Shown here: piece by piece, positions 44,296 to 54,114 of the stretch | Layout of the letters: each line of letters starts with the position of its first letter | How positions within the stretch are numbered: position 1 is the stretch's first letter | Origin: an uncultured Methanosarcinales archaeon | Lineage (GTDB): Archaea > Nanobdellota > Nanobdellia > Woesearchaeales > JANQNQ01 | NCBI GenBank assembly: GCA_964550525.1 | Contig: CAZJZJ010000001.1 | Location: 36,860-100,859, forward strand | Length of the DNA: 64,000 nt | Direction of reading: 5' to 3' | The notes under the pieces: generated by a model | The model's input: only the letters and a program-made list of their open reading frames with translations | What the model was told of the DNA's origin: nothing | The model's database searches: none | Program-made: the position numbers and the translations under genes

Positions 44296-47200
44296 GTGGT
44301 GAAAAATAAGTTAGCGATTTTATTACTCTTTATTATCATTAGTTTAGTTTCTGTTAGTTTTGTGAGTGCACGTGCGTGTGATAATATATGGAAATGGCGA
44401 AATCATTGGTGTCCTATTGTACCTACTTCAGAAGATTTCCGAGAAGTTTCAATGGATGATGATTTTAATTTCCAGGTATTAAGTATTTGTTATGATGAGA
44501 CCAATACGGGCGTTTATTATACTTATTTTTATCTGGATGAAGATAAAGATGTAAAGTTTTATTTGACTAGTACAGGTTCTGCAGGTGTTAAATTATCTAT
44601 TGATGGCAAAAAAGTAGCTACACACGGGAAAGAAGCAGAAGTCGTTCTTGAAAAGGGATGGCATTATGCAGAGATTGTTATCCGAAGATGGGGGCATATT
44701 AATTTTGATGTAAGCCTTGAAGTAAACGATGGAACATTATCAAAAATAGCCACAAAAGCAGGTACAATGGAAGGATGTGAATGGGACGAAGATAAGGATG
44801 GTTTTGTTGAAGGAGACGATTATACTGAGGATGATTGTGATGATTCTGATCCAACTATCTACCCTTTTAGAATTTTTGAAGAAGAGCCATGCGATGGGAT
44901 ACTTCACGATTGTAAGAATAGGCAAAGATTTGAAATTGATGGCGAGTCTAGAGAAGCTGTCTATAACGAAATCTGTGAGGGTGATGATAATCTTGCAACA
45001 TGTGAAAGCCGTTGTGGTGAGTGGGGTGAAACAATAACACCTGACACGAACAGATGTTGTGGTGATGATAGCATCAGTGAATTTGGTTTAATACAAGAAA
45101 AGAATGATGATGAAACGATTTGTAAAAAAGGCGAAGATTCGTGTGATTGGGGATGGCTAACCACATCAGAGGCAGGTTCAGGTAAGATACTTACTGTAAG
45201 AAGAGATATTGTAAAAAATGAAGACATTATAATGGATAAAAACCGGGAAATAATCAAACAACAAGGCAAAACAAAATTTGTACCCTGTGGTAATTTTTCA
45301 GCCGTAGTTGAGAAATATGGCCCCAATAATTGTACTGTTAATGTAGATTTTGGTGCAATTATATGTGAAAATCCGCCACTCTCAACAGAACTTGTAGAAC
45401 TGGGCGGTCCAAATAAGGATAACTTATCTATAGAAAATGAAGATGGCGTTTACCAAAAAAAGATTGATTTTTATATCTATTTAAATGAAGATATAACAGC
45501 AACAAAGACTGCAAAGATTTCTGCTAAAGCTGACAACAAATTAACATACTTACTTGATGGTAAACAAATCTTTAGTTTTACAAAAGAAGATCTTGCAGTG
45601 TGGGATCAGGAACCAGAAGTCTTTGAAACAGAATTTAAATATGGTAGCCGTGCTGGTTGGCGACACATTAGTTTACTTCTTGATAACTGGGGTGCTTATG
45701 GTGGCCTTGAAGTCTGGCACGAAATAGAGGGTTTTGAGACCCCTATTACAGATGTAGATACTGCAGGAGAATGCGATAATATTATTCCTTTAAGCGAGGC
45801 AGAACCAGTTACTGTACCAGACCCAGACATCAAATCAACAATCTATGATGTTATCCCTTTCAATAAAAAATGGTATGTGTGTGATCCAGAGGGAACTATT
45901 AGGTTGGATCCTGGTTATGGGACGAATATATTGGATGAATTTGATACACCACAGGTAGAGACCTCTACTGCTCTTCAATCAACTATCTCTTTGGATAGCC
46001 AGGGTGCTGGCGATACTGATTCTTATATTGGAGATGGGATTGATATTGATGCTGTTGCAATTGAAGATGCTTTAGAGGGGTTTAGTATTGGAGGTAGTCC
46101 TGTATCTGCCTCTTTAGGGAGTAGTGGTACTCCAGGGAGCAGGAGCAGTACTGAAATTGAGTATGATGCTTTTATGTGTTACAAAGAAGGTGATATGGGG
46201 TCAATTGGAGAATGTTGTGGCAATGATTTAGGTATCTGTTTTAACAAAGGAATATTAGGGCTACCAAAAGTAAGGCGTATGGGGGAGCCGTTATCCTATA
46301 TCGTCGAAGTCCATGATTTAAACAAGAAGAAACACAACACAGTTCTTCAGATACCTGTAAAACATAAAGCACGTGAAGATATTCCACCCTATACCTATTC
46401 GATTCCCGGTGGCGATGTGCCAATTTTACATTATACAAATTGGAAAGGGTTCAAGGCGCTTGAATTCTATTTTGCTTCTTTACGTCCAGCTTTAGTTAGA
46501 CTGATCATTAAAGATACAAATGAAAAAGAACATGATTTTGGTCCAATCCTAAAATACGCTATTGAAAATAAAAGAATAACTGAAGACGGTGAACTAGCAC
46601 CCTCGCAACAGATGCGACACATTTATATTCCTATTGATGGCGAACTCGGGGAAGTAGATAAAGGCAATATCTCTGAGATAATATTTACAGCAAGGAAGCA
46701 AGATCTACCAGCGGACTACATTGAAACAAAGATTATAGACAAAATGGATCGTGAAAGCTACAATGTATGGGTTTTCGATAGAATGCATCTTACCTATGAT
46801 TATGAGACAGAATCTGAAAAAAATAAGTACTGTTCCTTTACAAAGGAATGGGTTTATGACTTTGATGTAGAAGATAATGAAGCAAACCCCATCTGTAACC
46901 AGATACCTTCATTCACTTGGACAGGTACACAATGTTGTGGTGATGATATCGTATATACAGATGAAACATACGAGGATGAAAGCGGTGGCTGCTGGAAAGG
47001 CAACTTTATTGCAGATGATACAACATTGATGGAGATAGAATTTGAACATGATACCTATAACGGAAAACACACAGATATCTGTAGAGGTACAAGATGCGAA
47101 TACCCTATTTTATATCAAGATTGGCCTTCTGAAGTAACTGAGATAGGCGATGTAAGTACAGATTCTGATTTTTATAATGTTAGGATAACAAACACAGAGG

Positions 47201-49101
47201 ATGCAAAAGAAGCAACCATCTCTGTAGAGTACGTACCGCAACAAATCTTGTTTTTCGGTGGTGCGTTTAGAGGCTGTGCTGCAGATGGTTTTGAAGATAT
47301 TATCGATGCTGAACATGAATATGGTTATTGTAAAGTGATTTCAGGCAGCAACCATTTCTGTTCTTATGGAAGTAAGTTTGCTGGTGCTTTTAATAATGGT
47401 AAACCATATTGGAGTTCTGAATCTTCTGGCACAGCTCCTTCTTACCTAAGGAATAATAGCAAAGAGTTACCTGGAGATAACACAGATGATCATTTTGGTA
47501 CAACTGAGATTAATCCAGATCATAATGATAAAGGTTGTTGTCCAGCTGATTATTGTTGGAACGGGACTGTTTGTGTAGAAGGGATAGAAGAACCTTTTAG
47601 TATAAGCAACTATGAATCTAGCCCAGAAGCATTCACAAAAAAGTTTAGTTACAATAATCCAACTGCAGATTTTGACATGTATGTTTGTTACAAAGAAGAT
47701 GCTGTAGCTAACTGGAACAAAACACATTACAAAGAAGATTGGTATGATTCAGCAGATACAGCTGGCAGACGTATAGGTAGAGGTTATTGTATGGATGGTA
47801 GCCAGTGTTGGACAAGTGCTGGTTGTAAAGATAACGGCTGGTATACTAATGAAGAAAGAGGTTATTTCTCTGTAGGCAATGAGATGACTGACCGTTTCTG
47901 TGAAAATGGTAATTGGTCAACCAGGACAAAGCTGATAGCATTAGAGTTACTAAATTTTGTTAAAGATAAAGGGGATTACACCTTGTTTTGTGATACAAAC
48001 AAGAATGCACTTAATTTTTATACAGATTCCTGGAAACCCATAAATGAAGATACTAATAATTTCTGCGTGCTTGTATACAAAGAAAACAATGATGCTGATG
48101 TTGAGAAGAAAGTAGCTGTAGGTACATCATTGAATAAGCCTATAGAGGCGATAAAGCAGGTATTGTTGAACGAAGGCGTATTAAAAGGGGACACAACTCT
48201 TAGTATTTGTACAGATGCACCTGCCACAGAGGACAGTGTCTATGGGACTTATGTAAATTGTGACGGGAGCACCGATGTTGAAGAACAAAAACTCTGGTAC
48301 AATGCAAAAACAGAATCCCTGATCTATAGTGCACATGGTATAAATTTGCAATCTACAACAATCGTTTTTGCAGATTTCATGAACCTGCTTTTCAATCCTA
48401 TCATGGCTTTCACAGACATTGTCATAAATATTATTAGGCCCCAAACGACAGAGAGTCCAACTAATATACCTGTACCTGTTGAATACTGGGATCTATTCCA
48501 GTCAAAGGATTTCAAGACAGTTTATCTGGAAGAAAGCGGCGATATGACTGTAAGGGGTATAATCGAGCAAACAACTAGGGGCAAGAAATATCTTGCTATT
48601 GATTATGAGAATTCTCCAGTGGATATCTGCTCAGCAATCAGCCTGTACAATAAAAAGATAGGTGGGGAGTTTACTTGCCAACCTACAATAAACAATTCAG
48701 TATTAACATATAGGATTGCTTCTGAAACCACAGACATGATAGTCGGTTTCAAGGTATGGAAAGAAATCACTGCAAAGATTAGGTCAATAGATTTTGGAAG
48801 CGAATTAGGTGATACCGGTCCAGGAGCAGTAGTTAAAGATCTAGAAGAAAGCCATTATGCAAGAAAATACATTAAATTTGAAGCTGAAGAAAACGAAGAA
48901 GTTCTTTCTTATTATTGGGATCTAAATGTTACATCGACTGAGGAAGCAATTAACGGAGAAAGGTTTGGCAGGAAGATCACACACTACTATGAAGGGCCAG
49001 GAGATTATACAGTCACCTTAATTACAATAGGTAATGACGGTTCTTACTCAACTGATTCAATAGATATCGAAGTTACTGAAGAACCCGTAACAACTGGTTA
49101 A
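44296..49101 (+). CDS. Giant secreted Cys-rich surface protein 1 (1601 aa) with a cleavable signal peptide, a MopE-like acidic Cys motif, CCGDD motifs and a C-terminal PKD domain
   Basis: It has a GTG start and a GAGGG Shine-Dalgarno sequence at ~44286. The signal peptide is LAILLLFIIISLVSVSFVSARAC. The block CEWDEDKDGFVEGDDYTEDDCDDSDPTIYP lies at ~44776-44865. The motifs RCCGDD and QCCGDD are present. The C-terminal segment YYWDLNVTS...HYYEGPGDYTVTLITIGNDG is a PKD fold motif at ~48830-49098. Confidence 0.7.
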   Translation: MVKNKLAILLLFIIISLVSVSFVSARACDNIWKWRNHWCPIVPTSEDFREVSMDDDFNFQVLSICYDETNTGVYYTYFYLDEDKDVKFYLTSTGSAGVKLSIDGKKVATHGKEAEVVLEKGWHYAEIVIRRWGHINFDVSLEVNDGTLSKIATKAGTMEGCEWDEDKDGFVEGDDYTEDDCDDSDPTIYPFRIFEEEPCDGILHDCKNRQRFEIDGESREAVYNEICEGDDNLATCESRCGEWGETITPDTNRCCGDDSISEFGLIQEKNDDETICKKGEDSCDWGWLTTSEAGSGKILTVRRDIVKNEDIIMDKNREIIKQQGKTKFVPCGNFSAVVEKYGPNNCTVNVDFGAIICENPPLSTELVELGGPNKDNLSIENEDGVYQKKIDFYIYLNEDITATKTAKISAKADNKLTYLLDGKQIFSFTKEDLAVWDQEPEVFETEFKYGSRAGWRHISLLLDNWGAYGGLEVWHEIEGFETPITDVDTAGECDNIIPLSEAEPVTVPDPDIKSTIYDVIPFNKKWYVCDPEGTIRLDPGYGTNILDEFDTPQVETSTALQSTISLDSQGAGDTDSYIGDGIDIDAVAIEDALEGFSIGGSPVSASLGSSGTPGSRSSTEIEYDAFMCYKEGDMGSIGECCGNDLGICFNKGILGLPKVRRMGEPLSYIVEVHDLNKKKHNTVLQIPVKHKAREDIPPYTYSIPGGDVPILHYTNWKGFKALEFYFASLRPALVRLIIKDTNEKEHDFGPILKYAIENKRITEDGELAPSQQMRHIYIPIDGELGEVDKGNISEIIFTARKQDLPADYIETKIIDKMDRESYNVWVFDRMHLTYDYETESEKNKYCSFTKEWVYDFDVEDNEANPICNQIPSFTWTGTQCCGDDIVYTDETYEDESGGCWKGNFIADDTTLMEIEFEHDTYNGKHTDICRGTRCEYPILYQDWPSEVTEIGDVSTDSDFYNVRITNTEDAKEATISVEYVPQQILFFGGAFRGCAADGFEDIIDAEHEYGYCKVISGSNHFCSYGSKFAGAFNNGKPYWSSESSGTAPSYLRNNSKELPGDNTDDHFGTTEINPDHNDKGCCPADYCWNGTVCVEGIEEPFSISNYESSPEAFTKKFSYNNPTADFDMYVCYKEDAVANWNKTHYKEDWYDSADTAGRRIGRGYCMDGSQCWTSAGCKDNGWYTNEERGYFSVGNEMTDRFCENGNWSTRTKLIALELLNFVKDKGDYTLFCDTNKNALNFYTDSWKPINEDTNNFCVLVYKENNDADVEKKVAVGTSLNKPIEAIKQVLLNEGVLKGDTTLSICTDAPATEDSVYGTYVNCDGSTDVEEQKLWYNAKTESLIYSAHGINLQSTTIVFADFMNLLFNPIMAFTDIVINIIRPQTTESPTNIPVPVEYWDLFQSKDFKTVYLEESGDMTVRGIIEQTTRGKKYLAIDYENSPVDICSAISLYNKKIGGEFTCQPTINNSVLTYRIASETTDMIVGFKVWKEITAKIRSIDFGSELGDTGPGAVVKDLEESHYARKYIKFEAEENEEVLSYYWDLNVTSTEEAINGERFGRKITHYYEGPGDYTVTLITIGNDGSYSTDSIDIEVTEEPVTTG

Positions 49102-49172
49102 TTCTTTATCCACATAAAAAACACTATATTTATATATTCTTTAACTTAATTTAAAACTTAAAAGAGGGGAAA

Positions 49173-52100
49173 ATGGTAAAGAGGTCTCAGATTACTATGT
49201 TTATGCTACTTGGGATAGTATTGTTAGTCATATTTGGGTTCTTATTCTTCACATCGCAGGTTGTTAATAAGATGAGAATCCAAAAACGTGTTGAGCAGAT
49301 CAGCACAGATATTTCACAGACCTCTGTAGTAAAAGATTATGTGACCCTTTGTTTAGATAAAGCAGCAAAAGAAGGATTAATACTTCTCGGCGGCCAAGGT
49401 GGCTCAATCTATGCACATCAAGGCGGCACAATCAATAAAGATGAAGCAATACCTTTCAGACTTCAACATTACGGTACAGAAAGAGATTTTGAAGTTGATT
49501 TAAACATTAAGAAACCTGTTGCAGGTGAATCACCTTGGATCTTTCCACCTGATTATCCTGTAGCTTATAGGTTGTTGGCTGTGGATCATAGGTCTTTATC
49601 TGTAATTGACAGCCTTTATAGCAGCCGCAGCTTGTATGGTAATCTTAGTTTATCTCAATTGTGTGATCGTGAAGGTCCAAACAAATTTGGTGGCAGATTA
49701 TCAACATGTCATGAAAATTTTTACGATCGTGTAGGACAAATCATATCTATTCAAGAACAGCTTTCATATTTCATTGCAAACTATACTGAAATGTGTGCAG
49801 ATTTCTCTACATTCGCAACATTGTTTGGTTATAATGTAAGTTTGGATCTTAGTGCAGGTGATGTAAAATCGACTGTGACACTTGGAGAAAAAGATGTTGC
49901 TATAGATCTTTTGTTTCCGCTTGTTGTAAGGGTTGAAAACTATGTTCCTGTAACTAAAACAATCTCATTTACAACCAGAGTACCTGTAAGACTAAAAAGA
50001 ATCTATGGTTTGGTTTACTTTATTACTCAATTCGATTCAAGAAGCATATTCTTTAACGCAACATCTAGACATAACATATCTCTGATTGGAGCACTGTGTA
50101 AAGATGCAGATGACAAACCTGTAGATTGTCTAGACCAATCAATGTCTATTGTAAAATATAAAACCGTCTGCAGACTTTGTGAAAAGAATTATACAGATGT
50201 AATCCAGATTATTGATAGAGCTTCAAACCTTGCAGGAAACCCTTATATTTTCCAATTTGCAGTAGAAAACAGGAACCCTGCTTTGGATTACATCGGCCAG
50301 GCAGTAACAGACGAAGAATTAGCTAAAGATTATGACGTGTTTTATTCTTACAAACGTCCGATCGAACTAACACCTAAAGCAGAAGACCCTGACGAAGATA
50401 CAACATTTTTTAGTTATCATGGTTGGAAAGCAGATTATGAAGAACAATGGGGAGTTACAGCAGATAATAGTGTAGAGATTATCAAAACCCCTCTTACTCC
50501 ACCAGACCAAAACCAATGGCATGCTTCAGATCCATATCAAAACACAAGAAGAGATGCAACCATACAATTGACAGATAAGGACATTGGCCCTCATAATGTA
50601 ACTATAATGGTTAAAGATGATGAAGGCTTGTGGGATTCTCAAAAGATCCGTATGGTTATATACGATGATCCAGATCTACATAGCAATGGTACAAACATGT
50701 ATGATGATATAGATGATGACCGTGGATCTATTGAAGATCCTTACGTCTTAGATGCGCGAAGAGCCGGTACTATACTTGGCCAGATAATTTCTAATTTTAG
50801 GGTTGATTATGAATGGAAGGATCTTTTTGAAGGCGTACAGCATGGTCCTGTAAGTACTCCACGATACATCCTACCATCTGATGCTCCTGATATTATTACC
50901 ATCCCTCTTGAGTCTTTCAAAAGAGATTTCTTCGAAGAAAAATTAGCAACCACACCTGCTCCTCAGAAACATGAGATCTTGCTTAATAGTCTTTTGTTTG
51001 GTCAAGGTGGCGCAGTTGCACAAGAAAAGGTGGAAGTTGATGTATACAAATGCCTTCCGCATAGAAACTCAAGCTACTCTTATCCTTTCCATCTTTATTT
51101 TAAGCAAATGGACCCGTTCCAAGCTAACCATACTTGTTGTAAAGATGGGATAGATTCATGGGGTACAATCGTTGGAAAAAACGAGAATAAAGAATGTTTT
51201 AGATTAGAAGAAAGCATGGATGGGTACTATATGTGTGGTAGACCTATTCAAGATACTTTTTATCCTCCTGCAAAAGAAGGAGCATATGCATTAAAGAATA
51301 CTTCGGCCGAATTCAAAAGAGACGAGAGCAACTACCCAAGTGGTTCTGCTGGACAGAATGATGTTTATAAAAGAGAATTCACTGTAATGTGTGGTGGTGA
51401 AAGAGGTAATATCTGTAACGGTACTTCAAAAGATATATGGGAGATTGTGAATCCAACTGGGTGCACAGATCTTGTTGACGGTGGCCAGGATGAACGTTGT
51501 AAAGGTTGTGACAGATATGGGTTAAGCAACCCCAGAGCCGGATGTACTGTATATCCGCCAGGCAAAACATTTGAATCTGTAAATAAAGATGCACTAGGTT
51601 TGACTGGCACAAGAGCAGACGGTATATGCAACAACCATTGGAAATGTACAGATAACGTAGATGGGAAATATTATGATCGAACACAAGACACAGAAGAAGT
51701 AGAATTCATAGCACAAGCATTTTGTAAGGATGGTGTTTGTAAATTTGTAAAACACCCTTCTGAAACACATAACGGAAATATTGTAACCCAATCCTGTGAT
51801 TCGTTTGATAAGTATGAGGCACTAGGTAGTCCACCTTACACTAAACGTGCAACTACTTATTGTGTAGAAAAATCAACGATACCACCTGGTTCACTTACAG
51901 ATAGCTCCATTAAACCAGAAACATTCTACGTAACCAGAGATTATTATTGTTCAGCTAATTCAGATGCAAACCAAGACGATAAATGTGCTTTTAGGTACGT
52001 AGACCTAGAATCACTTGATGGTACACGGAAGTGGTGTGGTGCTTGCGCTAGTAAGGGTGTTGAACTTATTAAAGCAGGTGAAACTGGTTTAGGTGGTTAT

Positions 52101-53345
52101 GTTGATGTAAACTTAAATATAAAAGCATGTTGTGGTGATGATATAAATGAAAATGTTATTTTAGAAGAACAAACAGGTGAAAATTTTTGCTGTAACAAAG
52201 AAGATGATTGTGTGGATGATAGCGAATGTTTTGACGATGCTACTTCCAGGAATATAGGCGAAACAGCAGGTTTAACATCCAATAGAGCAGATTACGAGAT
52301 CTGTCATACAAACAAATGGTATGATCAGGATTCAGTAAATGTACCTGATGGAATCGGTGGTCAATTATCAGATGGTGCATTGTGTTTAAAAGCATTAGAT
52401 GGATCATCACTAGAAAACGCATGTAACCTTGGAAGTTGTTGGGTTGAAGAAGGAGAAACTGTTTCTTTTGGCGGTTACTACCACTTAAACCAGAACGATG
52501 TAACTGCTGGCTGCTGCGGTGATGATGAAAACGAAAACTTTGTTACGAGAGGTATAGGTACTAAAGCTTGCTGTAAATCTGGCTTGCCAAACATCTGCGT
52601 AGATTCTGGTAATGACTGCAGAGACGAGTATCCAGAAGAACAAACCTGTAATGATGGACTTGACAATGATTGCGATGGGGAAGTAGATTGTGAAGATGAT
52701 GATTGTTTAGGTAAAACTTGTGATTCAGGTGCTGTTTGTATTCAGAACGAATTATGTGTAACTGAATACTGCCAGGATTCAAATGGTAATAATTATCCTG
52801 GTTGTAGTGATTCAAGATGCGCAACCAATGACTTTTGTGATACAACACCTAGTACAACAGATATGGATGGTAGATGTATATTGGATGTATGTTGTACGAA
52901 AAGCCAAGCAGCTTCAGATGGTTCAAATGTGGTTTGTAGTAATGATCCTAACGCAAATTGCGTGGGTAATGATGGCTGGAAATGTGGCAACCTTGGGGCC
53001 ACTGATGGTTGGGAACCTGACAGTACACCGATTACAAGATGTGATGGTAGTACTGGTAGTTGTGTGATATGTGCTGAGCCAAATATAGAAGGTGACTACT
53101 GCGAAAGCGGTTGCGGCGCACCTTTAGAATGCGATGAAGCACAAAAAAGTTTAACTTATGATTTCCTATATGCAACTTCATCAAAACTTTGTATAAATGC
53201 TTGTTCAAACGCTTGCACTACCGTTTCCAAAGTAGGCTCATCATATGTTTGTGGTTGTGTTGATGGTAGTAGCCAATGTTGGAAATTAGATCATAACAAT
53301 AATATTGTAGAAGGAAACTGCAATGGGTTAGTTTGTGAAACATAA
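49173..53345 (+). CDS. Giant Cys-rich surface protein 2 (1390 aa) with an N-terminal signal anchor and a C-terminal MopE-like, EGF-like Cys-dense region
   Basis: It has a GAGGGG Shine-Dalgarno sequence at ~49163. The N-terminal TM helix is ITMFMLLGIVLLVIFGFLFF. The C-terminal 300 aa is extremely Cys-rich, with CNDGLDNDCDGEVDCEDDDC at ~52646-52710 and ACCGDD and GCCGDD motifs. Confidence 0.7.
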   Translation: MVKRSQITMFMLLGIVLLVIFGFLFFTSQVVNKMRIQKRVEQISTDISQTSVVKDYVTLCLDKAAKEGLILLGGQGGSIYAHQGGTINKDEAIPFRLQHYGTERDFEVDLNIKKPVAGESPWIFPPDYPVAYRLLAVDHRSLSVIDSLYSSRSLYGNLSLSQLCDREGPNKFGGRLSTCHENFYDRVGQIISIQEQLSYFIANYTEMCADFSTFATLFGYNVSLDLSAGDVKSTVTLGEKDVAIDLLFPLVVRVENYVPVTKTISFTTRVPVRLKRIYGLVYFITQFDSRSIFFNATSRHNISLIGALCKDADDKPVDCLDQSMSIVKYKTVCRLCEKNYTDVIQIIDRASNLAGNPYIFQFAVENRNPALDYIGQAVTDEELAKDYDVFYSYKRPIELTPKAEDPDEDTTFFSYHGWKADYEEQWGVTADNSVEIIKTPLTPPDQNQWHASDPYQNTRRDATIQLTDKDIGPHNVTIMVKDDEGLWDSQKIRMVIYDDPDLHSNGTNMYDDIDDDRGSIEDPYVLDARRAGTILGQIISNFRVDYEWKDLFEGVQHGPVSTPRYILPSDAPDIITIPLESFKRDFFEEKLATTPAPQKHEILLNSLLFGQGGAVAQEKVEVDVYKCLPHRNSSYSYPFHLYFKQMDPFQANHTCCKDGIDSWGTIVGKNENKECFRLEESMDGYYMCGRPIQDTFYPPAKEGAYALKNTSAEFKRDESNYPSGSAGQNDVYKREFTVMCGGERGNICNGTSKDIWEIVNPTGCTDLVDGGQDERCKGCDRYGLSNPRAGCTVYPPGKTFESVNKDALGLTGTRADGICNNHWKCTDNVDGKYYDRTQDTEEVEFIAQAFCKDGVCKFVKHPSETHNGNIVTQSCDSFDKYEALGSPPYTKRATTYCVEKSTIPPGSLTDSSIKPETFYVTRDYYCSANSDANQDDKCAFRYVDLESLDGTRKWCGACASKGVELIKAGETGLGGYVDVNLNIKACCGDDINENVILEEQTGENFCCNKEDDCVDDSECFDDATSRNIGETAGLTSNRADYEICHTNKWYDQDSVNVPDGIGGQLSDGALCLKALDGSSLENACNLGSCWVEEGETVSFGGYYHLNQNDVTAGCCGDDENENFVTRGIGTKACCKSGLPNICVDSGNDCRDEYPEEQTCNDGLDNDCDGEVDCEDDDCLGKTCDSGAVCIQNELCVTEYCQDSNGNNYPGCSDSRCATNDFCDTTPSTTDMDGRCILDVCCTKSQAASDGSNVVCSNDPNANCVGNDGWKCGNLGATDGWEPDSTPITRCDGSTGSCVICAEPNIEGDYCESGCGAPLECDEAQKSLTYDFLYATSSKLCINACSNACTTVSKVGSSYVCGCVDGSSQCWKLDHNNNIVEGNCNGLVCET

Positions 53346-53348
53346 AAA

Positions 53349-53972
53349 ATGGCAAAAAAACAAATCGTGGATTACATTCAGGAAAACTGGGATAAAGGTT
53401 GCGATATTAAGGAGATTAAAGAGAAGCTAGTTAATTCTGGCTACTCTGATGATAATATTCATGAGGCAATCGATCATATGTTTAAGACAAAGAAACCTAG
53501 ACGTAAAGTATCTTACAAAAGGATTTTTTTAGTGTTGTTCTTAATTGTTTTAGTTGTTTTTATCTCTTATTTTTCTATAGGTTTCTTTAGGAACATGGTT
53601 ACACAGACAAAGCAACCAACAATGTTACCTGCAGAGTGTGAACTTGAAGATATTAAACAAAAAACAGAGTGTTTTATTGATTCAACTATAGAAAACGGAA
53701 ATCCGGAACTATGTACTGCATTGGAAAAAACAAAAAACATCTGTCTTCTTGCTTTTGTAGAAGAAACCTTGGATAGCTCTGTTTGTAGTATGATGGATAT
53801 GGAATATTATGAAGTAACATGCAAGGCTATAATCAAAAAAGACCCCTCTATCTGCGATAAACTAGAGAAAGCAGACGCATGTTACCTTAAAATGGCGGAA
53901 TTCTTGGAAAATCCCTTACTTTGTTCTAAAACTGGTGTTTTTGAAGAGCATTGTAAAAAAACATTGGGTTAA
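53349..53972 (+). CDS. Small bitopic membrane protein: N-terminal cytoplasmic domain, one TM helix, extracellular Cys-rich (10 Cys) domain
   Basis: It reads MAKKQIVDYIQENWDKGCDIKEIKEKL..., then TM IFLVLFLIVLVVFISYFSIGFF, then a C-terminal domain with regularly spaced Cys. It is embedded between the giant genes on the same strand, 4 nt after the stop of giant 2. Confidence 0.5.
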   Translation: MAKKQIVDYIQENWDKGCDIKEIKEKLVNSGYSDDNIHEAIDHMFKTKKPRRKVSYKRIFLVLFLIVLVVFISYFSIGFFRNMVTQTKQPTMLPAECELEDIKQKTECFIDSTIENGNPELCTALEKTKNICLLAFVEETLDSSVCSMMDMEYYEVTCKAIIKKDPSICDKLEKADACYLKMAEFLENPLLCSKTGVFEEHCKKTLG

Positions 53973-54114
53973 ACCAAAAAGCTTATAAATGCAAACCCCT
54001 ATTTTCAATTAAAAAAAGGTGTAGGGTGTATTTGGTTTTTATAGACGTGAGTTGCCTCACTTAGTTATCATTTTCATTAATGAACAGTAATGTAAATAGA
54101 AAAGGGGAATATTA

